A DNA stretch of 64,000 bases. Source: Lingula anatina. Its lineage: Eukaryota > Animalia > Brachiopoda. The notes beneath the pieces were generated by a model. The model was given only the letters and a program-made list of their open reading frames with translations, was not told the DNA's origin and did not search any database. The position numbers were made by a program, and so were the translations under genes. Positions 26,801-56,642 of this stretch are shown here, piece after piece. The number at the start of each line of letters is the position of its first letter. Position 1 is the first letter of the stretch. The stretch is from assembly GCA_051362555.1 (NCBI GenBank), contig CM120646.1, forward strand, positions 10,974,001-11,038,000. The letters run 5' to 3'.

Positions 26801-29000
26801 AAAACTGCATATTTAAAGTCACCCCAGGCCTATCTCTATCCCTCCCATGGGATTCTTGACATTCATATGTCAACAGGCTGATAACACCATTTCTGTTAGA
26901 GCACTTGTAAAGCCCTCAATTTCCAAGGGATAACCAAGCACATAGGGTAGCGTACTTAAAACACATTCTGCTCGAGATTTTCAAAAGCTTTTTATTTCCA
27001 AGTAATAGCCTAGTGCAGACAGTAGCCAGGTTGAACTTATCACACTTGAAGAGATCTGGGAAACCATAGGAGCCCGTTATTTGACCTAATCATGCAGTAT
27101 ATCTATATTGTTTGTATTAAAAATTCGGGCAGGCTTTATTATGGCATATGAATGGTTATGTTTATATGGAGTCAAGTGCACTTTTAAAGTGCTAGGTGTA
27201 GCCAAATAGTAGCAGATGTTTGGGCTAAATTTATGTAATTAGTTGGTAAAAATGAAAAAAAAATGGGGGAAAATTATAATGCAATATGGAATACAAGCAC
27301 AGGTCATTTGCAATACAGAAAAAGATGGGAAGACAATATAGCAAAGAAAAATATCGCACTTTTATTAATAAAAAAACTAAGGAGGAAGAATGTTCAGTAG
27401 TGCAGATTGTAAGAAAAGATTCATCAATGATTTGAAAGTTGTGAAAGATACCTGTTTGTGTCAAATTTTCTAAGGAAAGAAATAATTTGCATATGATATT
27501 ATTAAAAGATAATGATGATTTGAAAAAAAATTAGTATAAAACACTTAACAACCTCCAACTCCAAGGAGAGACACTGAGAAGAATTGTTATACAATTAATT
27601 CCTAATCCCCATGTCCTCTCCCCAAAATAATGTTCAATCATCTGCCAGTATCATGATTCTCATACCTGCACTCCACCAGTGACACCATACATATTCTCTC
27701 TAAGGGCCACAGACGGCGGATCACATCCCATGATATGTATATGTCTGTGCCATGCCTCTTCATATCTTCCTTTGTGGAGATCTAATAGGCCCCTGTTTAT
27801 GATGTATATGTGTGTATATGTGCATGTGTGTGCGTGCATGTCAGGGCACCTGTTTTTTGATCACAGCTAGACTAGTTGATATTGATGAAAATCCAGCTTT
27901 AAGGGCCTGTGGTTGAAAGCATAGGGGCCTGCTGCTCTGTATAATGATATGCACCAGGTAGGCAACCTGTGCAGTGTAGTGTAGTCACCAGGTGAGAGCA
28001 CTATATTTATCTAAGGGATTTACAAAGGTCACAGAGGTCAGGTCGAGAGTGACATGCCTTCGTGCATTTTGTATCATCCTGCCCGATGAAAATTTAACCT
28101 GCAGTGAAGAGTGAAGCGTAGGAGGGATTGTCTGTCAATATAAAAGTGTTCTGTAATGAGGGTTAAGTTGTAAGAATTAATCTACTAGTCCCAAGTCAAA
28201 CCTTTTCTGAAATGTGTATGCCTGGATTCGTTTTCAGCGGAGATGAGGAATCAGTTTGGAGGAATGAAGTCTAAAGGGCATTTACGTGTAGAGTGCTGCT
28301 GCAAGAAAAGCATAGTCAGATTAGTTAGGAAAAGGAAAGGGAAAAAGTAAATGGAACTTTTTTTTTTTTTGACCCAGTTCCCCAAAGCATGGAAAAGAGT
28401 GATGATTAATACTGTGGGCTAAAAATAATGGTGCAAGTATGTGCACCTGAGAATGCATTAAAGATATGTACACATCTAAAAAAAAGAATTTAAGTGTACA
28501 AAAAGAGTCTCTCTTCATTGATAAGAATGCAAGGTTATTTGAAGTGGTTATTACTGAAAAATGAATATTTGAGTTATCTGTTTGTAGTTCTGATCCCATT
28601 ATTATTTATTTATTTATTATCATTCAGGTGAAACCCCTATTCACCATAGCAATTTTGGCAGTTTTCTCATGTGAATGTACCACAGACCCCTGTTAACAGT
28701 CTGTATAAACCCCCCTCAGTTGCTTGCCTTCTATTGTCATCAGTGCTAAACCATTGGCAATACTAGGCTACACTTCTTTTTTTTTCCCCAGATTTTTGAC
28801 AAATAATGCATACTGTGAAAATAAGTAGCAACGAGTTAAACAAAGTGGCCCTTCTTTCCACCTGTATGTGCTGGTGATGTTATTTTTCATAAGATGTGGA
28901 TCTATTTGTGGCATTGAAATTTTTAATGCAGTTGAAACTTTGTTATCTTGTTTATATAAGAGCAATTGACATTTCTTCTCCCTTCATGCCCTTTATGAAA

Positions 29001-29003
29001 AAA

Positions 29004-29050
<47 letters not shown>
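29001..29050. repeat. (TAAA)n microsatellite
   Basis: Directly visible tetranucleotide run. Confidence 0.9.
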
Positions 29051-29646
29051 GTAGGTTTATTCATTCAACTGCAGCTCTGTCTTGGTTTATTGGTCTGCGG
29101 TTTACTTGCTTGTGAAAATGGGTCTGAAGTCTGTTTAATTTGTGTTCATGTTCTTGGGAATAATGTTCCGTCTATTCAGGTGAAAAAAAAGTAATGATTT
29201 TCTGCAGACTTGCAATAGCTTTGATGATTGAGTTATTTGTGTCATTATGTCACATTATACCACTGTCTGTCACGATAATTTTTTTCATTAGACTGTGTTT
29301 GCATCACTTTCAGCAACTTGGGTTCAACTGTCATTTCTTCTCCACAGTGCAGTGCTGAAGAGCAGTGATAATTTGTGTTACTCAAAACATCAATTTCTCC
29401 AATGCAGACTTACTTGCGTCATTTATCTGAACCGGATAAACAAAAGCTGTTTGGTGATGTTATTTGTATGTCTGTATACTTGTGATCATCTCGTGCAAAA
29501 GGAAACAATCTAATTTCGTGTCATGTTATTAACTAGGATGTAGACATTAGTGATCTCTTAGCAAAATGTGTCTGGGAAAAAGAAAAAAGAAATGCAACAT
29601 AATCTTGGCCAAATAAAATCTGTGAAAAATCTGTGTGTTTGTATGT

Positions 29647-29648
<2 letters not shown>

Positions 29649-29680
<32 letters not shown>
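29649..29680. repeat. Poly-G tract (G32)
   Basis: Directly visible. Other long G runs are at 2762-2785 and 32321-32341. Confidence 0.9.
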
Positions 29681-29681
<1 letters not shown>

Positions 29682-30823
29682 GGCTTATTTAAGGAATGTG
29701 GGGGTAAGTGTTTCTTGACCCTAACTATCTTCTCCAGCTTCGTTACCCTGCTCTGATTAACTGGCACTACAACAAAAACCTGATTTGAAATCAGACTGCC
29801 AACTTGAGAAAGTTGATCAAATAACTTCATTGTCAGAAGAGAACTCACTAAAGCAAGAGCATTAGATAATATGTTGGAGTGGAGTGGAGTGGAGTGGAGT
29901 GAAGAAATTTTGTCAGATCAGTTTGGTAATAAGGAAGCTCATTCAGTGCAATTTTGGGGCTTACTGTTATTTCGAAAAAAAGATCTGTAGAATTTTGTTT
30001 TGGATTTTTTTTTTCAAAAGCCAGAAAGAGAGAGCAAATATATTCATCAATGCCATCTAAAATGATTATAACTGAACACTGAAGTCCTAAATGAACATTC
30101 TGTTCCCCACATGTCCGATTGTTGCACAATGATGTCTGGCATCTAATTCAATTTCTCAGCTTATTGGATGATGACGCGTGAAAACTAATAACTCCAGCCT
30201 TCGTTTCTCTGCTGACAATGAAAATTAGACAAATGTATTATAGAATCAGACAGATGCTAGGTGATTTCACAGAGTGTGAAACGTTTGTTGAAGAGCAATT
30301 TCTGTTCAGGAATGTCCAGACCTTGGTTTTTGATCCCTGGTAATTTCCCCTAACACTTACCACAAATTGTGACTTTGTTGGGAATCCTTTAACAACTTTC
30401 TCTTGAGTCCTTCACATGTGGGTATGCAGAAAATGAAAACATTCCAACGTTTTCAATCAAACTATTCTTCTTGGAGGCAGTTTTTTTTCCTCTGCTGTCA
30501 TTTCTTAAAGCACAAGAAGAAGGTTAGGTTTATGGATGGCTTGCCCATTTGTATATGCCATCACGTAGAATTGCATCATCAAATGCACTTTGAATTTCAT
30601 TTCATAGGAGTGAATTAATGGTGAAATAATTGTTGCAGAAAATTGTCACATGATATTAACATTTTTATGCGGCATATAAGCATTTTACAACAAATTGTTT
30701 CAAATTGAGACAATTGTATTTTAACACATTTGATACAAGGAGCTCATCTTTATATTTTTCAATATTCTAACATCTTAATGAACATTAGATTAATATGATG
30801 TCTGTTTTTTTTTCTCCTTGCAG

Positions 30824-49332
<18,509 letters not shown>

Positions 49333-52300
49333 TGATTGTGAGGGAATTAGGTAATGTGCTATTTAACCCTGAAGCCGAGCGAGCCGAGAGAAAAGAAAAG
49401 GGAGGGAAGTTGCCGTTCTCCTTCGAATGTTTTGACAAAGAAAGGTTTTAAACTTTAGAAGCCTAGGACAGAGGTGTTTGACCATGCAGATAAGGGTTCC
49501 TGTAGTGGAGGGACTGAACTGACTGATGACAGATAAGTGTATCTCTGGTGCCCCCTCCTGGCTGTGAAGGTTAGTCACATGAGCTGTGAAGGAAAGAATA
49601 TAGGCCTGCGTGCAAGAGTGTCCAAGCCTAAAGCTAGATACTTCCCTGCTCCTAAATAGACCCTGGTGCACACTGTGGCACAGTGAATCTGGATTGGGTT
49701 ACAAAACAGAAAGAAAAAAGGACCCCTGATTATTGCCTACGCAAAGATATTCAGCCACTGCCTGCCAGAGGACAATAAAACGTAGATGGCGTGGCTGGTC
49801 AAGACATGACTTACTCAATTATTTGGACAATGTGAGATAAACGGTGATGCCAGGGTTATGTGAATGCTACAATCTGTTGCACCAGAGGAAACAGGTGGAC
49901 TCTTGTTCAAGATGGAAAGTAGAGCAAAGACCAGGCTACACAAGGGCTATCCAAGAGGCATGACTGAATGATGTGAAAGGAAGTTTGATTTCAATCATAA
50001 ATGGTTGATGTTGCCACGTTCTGAAAGAACTTCACTTGAAAATATCTCTGCCAAGAGGCAACATTAAGAAAACTGCACATAAACAATTTGATGATTTTAC
50101 AAGTCGTGGGGACATGCAAAAAGGAAATGGCAGATGATAGACATGGATATGATGTTTTCAAAGTCTAATTCGTCAAGCCAGAAAAGAAAATAAATTATGT
50201 GTGGGTCGAGCAAACATCCTCTGCATAGAAAAAGAGATGACTTGAATGGAAGCTAGTCAGTCTTCAGGAAATATTGAGACGATGCAATGTTCTAATTATC
50301 TGTACATAAATGTACATAACATTAAGTAACGCTTGAAGTAAGTATCCCCCCATAGTTGCACCATGGTTGCAGTGGTAGAATGTGACATGACATGAGGTTG
50401 AATACAAAGTGTTGTGCTACTTAGTGGAATATGAGGGGCGTTCCCCTCCTGTGAACTGTCTATCCCCCAGGTATAGTATCTTCCAGAATGGTGGATCGTT
50501 TGTCTTGCTGTACATGGTTGGAACAAAATGAATGAAAAGTTGGCAGAAGCCAGTAAAGTAATAATCTGAACTTGGCTGGATGATTTCATCATTATCATCA
50601 TGGTGAGTTAGTTTGGGAAGATAGAATATGCTTGTGAGATTTTTCTTGATATTATTGTTCCTATTATTGTAAATGCAGTATTCTTTAAGAGGAAAACCTC
50701 TATTACCAAGACGAAGATGAGAGTGATTCCCCCCCCCCCCCCTGCAATTTTAGAATTGGGAATTTTAGGTATGTGTTTGTACAGGCCCCCAGTCATGTGG
50801 GAGGTTCAAATCTGATTGTCACATATTCATGCTGTTTATTTATTGAAATAATTATACTACATTAAAATGTGGTAGAGGCAGGAATGATACAAAGTGTGAG
50901 TTCTAAGCAGTTTGGCAAATATCTTCAAAGATTGGTCACTGGCCTATTTGGTTTTATTTGTTTCCCATCAATTTCTTTAAACGTAAAAAGGGATTGATAA
51001 GGTTTTCATTAGTTGCTTTCTTAATTCAAGACAATGTCTTGCAGGGATTTTACACAATTCTAAATACCAGCTTCCTTTTGACTTTTAACGACAAGTTACA
51101 GATGCTCATTGAGGCACTTTCATGTTTTAATAAGGAAAAAATGTACAAAGTTTTAATCTGGCTGTTCCATGATTAGTTGGATGTGTTGGGTGTGAACTCT
51201 GTGTTAAGTGTCTTAAGATTCTCAACCCAGTTGCGCTTAAGTGTGACTCATTGTGTCAAAGGTCACTTGGACCTAGGTCATGACCTTTGAGACAACCTGA
51301 ATAAAAGATCCGACTACCCTAGGAGAGTACTTTTGCATACGAGGAATTCATTCTTACCTGTTTTCTATGTATCTTGATATAGACTGCTAGGGCCTGGTAG
51401 GAAGATGCTATTTATGTAGTATTTTAGACTGTTCTTGTAGATTTAACTGTTTCACTGTAAAATTATTTTTATTTTAACATAAATGCAGAAAACTACAGTC
51501 ACTATCCAAGCTGGATTGGGTTGAAAGATAAACTTTTGAGTCTTCAGCCAAGTATACTTTTAGAGGGTTTATATGGGTGGTATATTCTGAAACTTGAATA
51601 GTTCCAAGTGGAAAAAAAAGGCAAAATTATTTGGGAAATATCTATCCGAAAATTCTCTCCAAATGTGATGGAGAAGATTTACTCTCTTATTCCTTAATCT
51701 CAACATCATGAAAAGGAAACCGGCCAGCTCTGATTATTCTGTGCTGTTTGTTTTCTAGCAATTTTTAAACCTGAAATTTTTATTAGGAAGATTTCAATTT
51801 TATATGCATGAACTTGGATTTTCATTTTAATCGACTACAAAAGTACAATGATTATTATTGCCTGTAATAATTTTAATGGTTTTAATTAAAACTGTTAGTG
51901 TTAACTATTATGTCAAACAGGTCATTTGCAACAGCTTAAAAATCCAAATTTATAGCAACCTATTATATACAATTTAGATGCATTTTCATTTTAAAAAATA
52001 TATTGCACTTTTACCAAAACAGATGTAGAAAATTTGCACTTTTTAAAAAGAAACATTGCACCGCCTGAACTTAAATATTATCATTTTAATGGAGGTAAAT
52101 ACAGATTATTTGCAATCTTTTAAGAATATATGGTAAAAGCATCCTTACTTTGTTTAATAACATGCTTCAGTTCTGTTTACACTATTAGACTTTGCCAGGT
52201 CATGATAGATAAGTAAGCATTGCAAGCGTTTGAAGGACATGTATATGATAGCCAGTAATTTCAAAGTAAATGTAGAAAGTATATACCAAAAAGGAAGCCA

Positions 52301-52990
52301 GAAATGTATTATTTGGAAAGGGTCATACAGTGCAAATTAATTCTATGATCTCTTTGGGTTTGATGCAATTAATGTCATAGCGGGTACTGTTCAGTCTGAA
52401 ACGTAGGATATCTTACCAACTCTTTATCCCTTTGACTTCATCATAATGTATTGTATATATTCTGAATCGTTTGAAAGAAAAGAAGCAGAGTTGTGCATAT
52501 TCAGGTTGTTTTAGTGCAATAATCAGGATCTCTGACAATAGGTCATGTTGACCCAGTTTTTGATGTTCCTGACTTCATTTTCCTTTGTACTTTCATGAAG
52601 TTAATATCTTTATTTAAAGTGTAACTGGATGGGTAAAAACAAAAGGAAGTAAGGAATCTCGGCAGGTTTAGAAAAATTTATATTATCGTTGGCCTGGCAA
52701 AGTCAGTATAGTACTGATGCATCTTTTTTTTTTTTTCGTCTACATTTTGGAGAATTTAATTCTGGTTTTGATGACCCAATTTCAAACTGTGTACATTACA
52801 AGAAATGAACATTACATTATTGGAAACCGGTTTTGTATAAAACATGGAACGTGTCTCAGTATTGTGAATCTGCTCACGCTATATTAATTGTAGATATGTA
52901 AATGCTTGCCTCTGCCTTGTGTATTATTAGTTAATCATGAAAAATATGGAGGGTGGCTTCTGTTGGAGACAATAAAATTACCAACATGTA
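49333..52990 (+). other. Putative 3' UTR of DYRK1, about 3.6 kb, ending after AATAAA at 52971-52976
   Basis: AATAAA is followed by a GT/T-rich downstream element (about 53005-53042), and repeat-derived sequence starts just after it. Earlier AATAAA motifs exist (about 49774, 51300). Confidence 0.5.
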
Positions 52991-53239
52991 TTAGCCAAGC
53001 TCACTTGTTTGTTGTATTGTTTGCATTTTTCTTTTTCTTTTTCTACTACCAGTTTTATTCTGAGACTTCCTTGGTCTGTAGTGCACCCCCCCCCCCCCCA
53101 CCCCCCATCCCCAAATCCCTGTCCAATGCCTTGCAACCATATTTCAAATAAATATAAAGAACAGACTTATCAACTGTTACTTATATTGAACTTGTACGGC
53201 ATGTCCACAAACTTATGTGCATGTATAACAAAGATACAA

Positions 53240-54095
53240 GGAATAGCAGTGCGCAGAAAAAAATGAAGTGACAGTGGTTAATATCAGCATAAACGCAAAC
53301 CAATTCAACAAGTCAGCAGCATGGTAATGGTATACCTGGGTTACTTGACAACAACAGACAATTGAAAAGGTGACAGAAATAAAGAGAAAAATAGAATTTG
53401 CAAGATCATTTGAAAGCTAAGCTAAAGTTATAAATATAAGAGAAATTGATTGAACATTTAAATAAAAACTCGAAATGTTTGAAACGGATATATAGAAGGA
53501 TGCTAAAATATCATGGACTAAACACTAAAATAATGAGAAATTGCTAAAATTTCTAAACAACAGATATCATTATTGAACACCATCAAGAAAAGGAAATGAA
53601 AGGGATAACAACTGTTCATATGAGATTTGTATTTCACAATAAAAACATTGAAAACAACTATAATAGAAATAAAATAAATCCCATGTTACCACCAAAACAG
53701 CAGTTATCTCAATTACTGTGGAATCTGCTCTTGCCACCAGGCCTTCAATCATGGATTACAGGCTTTTTAGAAAAAAAAAATATGAATGTTGGGATTGATT
53801 TATTAACCATTGCTAAGTATGGGGAAATCGTCCCTAACCCAGGAAAATCCGTTATTTTTTTATTTATTTATTTTTTATTTTTTACCAAAACGAACGCTTT
53901 TATCTCTTTAGCTTATTTTGGTCACACCATAAAAAATAATTTGCTGCGGTTGCTATTGGAAGCAAAGTTAAATGGGGAAAGAAGACCAAGGACAACATGG
54001 ATGGAAAAAATGAAATGAACAATGAAAATATAGTGAAAGTAAATGAATGGCACAAGACCAAAAGGGATGGCACCCAATGGCAATGGTGATGATGA
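53240..54095 (+). mobile_element. Decayed RTE-clade non-LTR retrotransposon, 3' end of ORF2
   Basis: Frameshifted remnants read YLGYLTT...EIKRKIEFARSF, IYRRMLKISWTKH and LAYFGHT...LLLEAKLNGERRPRTTWM, then MAQD..W. The fragment ends in a short (TGA)n tail at 54087-54095. These motifs are typical of the RTE/BovB ORF2 C-terminus. Confidence 0.8.
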
Positions 54096-54639
54096 GCCTA
54101 CTGCATAGGTCCTAACTATCGCATGTTTTTTAAAACGTAGTGCAGTGCCGAAAAATTACATGGAATAAATTCTTTATGTTCCATTTCACTAAATAATCAG
54201 TAGCGATCAATTTGTCGTAATATTAATCAGTACGTACACAGAGAGAAAGTTTCAATTTACTCTCTATGCCCAGAGGTCGGCAGCCATTGCTGACACAAGC
54301 CCAGTGTGTTAGGTGTGACGCCTGGCAGCCGCTCACTGTGTTTCGACGCAATCAAAAACACTGCCTGTCCATATGGAAGGTGGCAATCACTGAATGTCTA
54401 CTCGCCCATCTAATCCATCTCTTAATCGTCATAAAATAAATCTAAAATACTATCATTCTTTACAGCTTTTTTTCACTAACAGAGTAGGCTTATATTTTTA
54501 GGACAATAGAATATGCTTTTTGTATTGTAACTCAGCCTGAGCAGCAGATACAAGGAATTGACGAAATAGCATATAAAGACAAATAAAGAGAAAAAGGAAA
54601 TGTGAGGGAAATAAAACCAAACAAACAAACAAATAATAA

Positions 54640-54678
<39 letters not shown>

Positions 54679-56642
54679 AAATAAAAAAATAAAAAAGAAT
54701 TTACAAAATTCATTTGTTCCCCTTTGTTTTATAAATTAGATCTAACTGACAAACAACAAAGGCGAGATGTTTCCGGTGGCGGCCGCTCATCCCGACTGTG
54801 ACGCTGCCTTACAGCGCATTCAGAACAAATAAACATCATAATGATATGTTTTGTTATTATTTTCTTTATGTAATGCATAACACAAGAGGAAAGGAGGGGC
54901 GTGTAACATTTGACAAAATTAACTAATTCTGGGTGGCAATGAAAAGAGATTGATATTAAAACCGTAAAAGGGAGTTTTGATACTGAGAAATAACGCAATT
55001 ATTCACTTACCTCGGTCCCTCAGCCATGTGTATTCACAGAGTCCACTTCTTCTGGGTCGCTGTTGACTGTATACAAAATATTTATAAATCAGTAAATAGC
55101 AAAGTTTCTTCTATGATTCCTATATTCATGTATATCCAAGAGACGGTCATGCTCGGGCGACTGCTTGAAATGAATATTTAGGTCCATCTGAACAAAAATC
55201 CTAAGAACTTTAGTAAATTAATTGACGTTTTGGTCGCTACCAAATCCAGACAAGAAAAATTCTGTGGAATGGTAGACTGCTTCGCATGACTCAGAAATGA
55301 ATGAAGCAATATAACCTTTCAAGTCACTCTCTCATCAAATAATGAGTCATGGCTACTTCTGGAGTACGTTGATATAAAATTCCCCTATTTTTCGTCTGCT
55401 GTATCTTCATTATCGTTTTTTTAAACGCCATATAGTTTCATAACTGCAAATACTTCAAATATGAAACACTCGATTGTTTTTATGATAAATGCAAGCGTTG
55501 ATAAATTCACAGTTGTTCAAACCGGGTTTACCCGCAAAACGGATTTTCATCGGAAAAAATTTTCCTACTCACGAATCAATGCTGGTCCCATCTCTGCACT
55601 TGGATTCGATGCTTTATTCAATTTCAATTTTAAATTAATGATATAGTTCTAAATGAATGGTCATTCATGCCTGGCCATGTCTTCCTGCATGCACAATTCA
55701 AAAGGCTCAATAGTCGTCAGGTACTTTAATTCATGGGGTTTGAACATTTTAAAGGTATAATTTGGAAAAGATATGTAGCTTTGCTTGATACGTTGATATA
55801 AAAAAACAAGAAATAACGCTGACGTGTGAACATTTTCAAAAACAACCACGTACTGACAATGAAAACATTGTTGTATTCCTAGCAGCTAAACCATAAAAAC
55901 CATGCACGACAAGTATTCCTCATGCACGTGTAGGAAAGGCGGCCTTAAAAAACTACACGGCCAAGTGAAGATAAATTCTAGTATATGTATCCAGTTACAG
56001 AAGCTTTACACTAAACTTGATACATAGTCATAGATTCTATATACAAAGGGACGTCTGTGTTGCGTTGAAAAATCTGAGAGGTGCCTTTACTCAGTTAGCA
56101 TTTACAGAAAACACTTTGATTGAACACTTTGATTTTCGCCATCGATACAATAAATTAGTTTATAAGAGTTTACAAGCATCTATAATCGTTAATCTAAAAT
56201 CAAACCTCTAAAATTTTAATTCCTAAATTTTATTTATTTATTTAAATTTTAAACAAATTCCTAGTGTGTTTTGAAATAATCAGTTTGGTTAATTTTGGCA
56301 ATACTCGTTAAATCGTTTCGTTACATCCATGTTCTGGGTTCTTCAAAGACTGCCTCAAAGATGATGCTTGACAGAAAAGTTTCATCTTAGTTATAATTAC
56401 GTGCAAAGCTTTCAGGTACCATTTATGATAATACAAGAAAGCAGTAACACCGAAAAAGTCCAATCTAAACATTTATTAACGCCGCGATTTTCCAGAACCA
56501 AAACGTTTGAGGAAAACATTCCCTTTTTAAATACACGGATGTCTCTGTACCTCTCTCTCTTTCTTTGGTCAGGAGATATTTTCTTTAACACTGTTCTTTA
56601 AACAAAGTAGTTGAGTAACGGTAATGATAAAAAAGTGACGCA

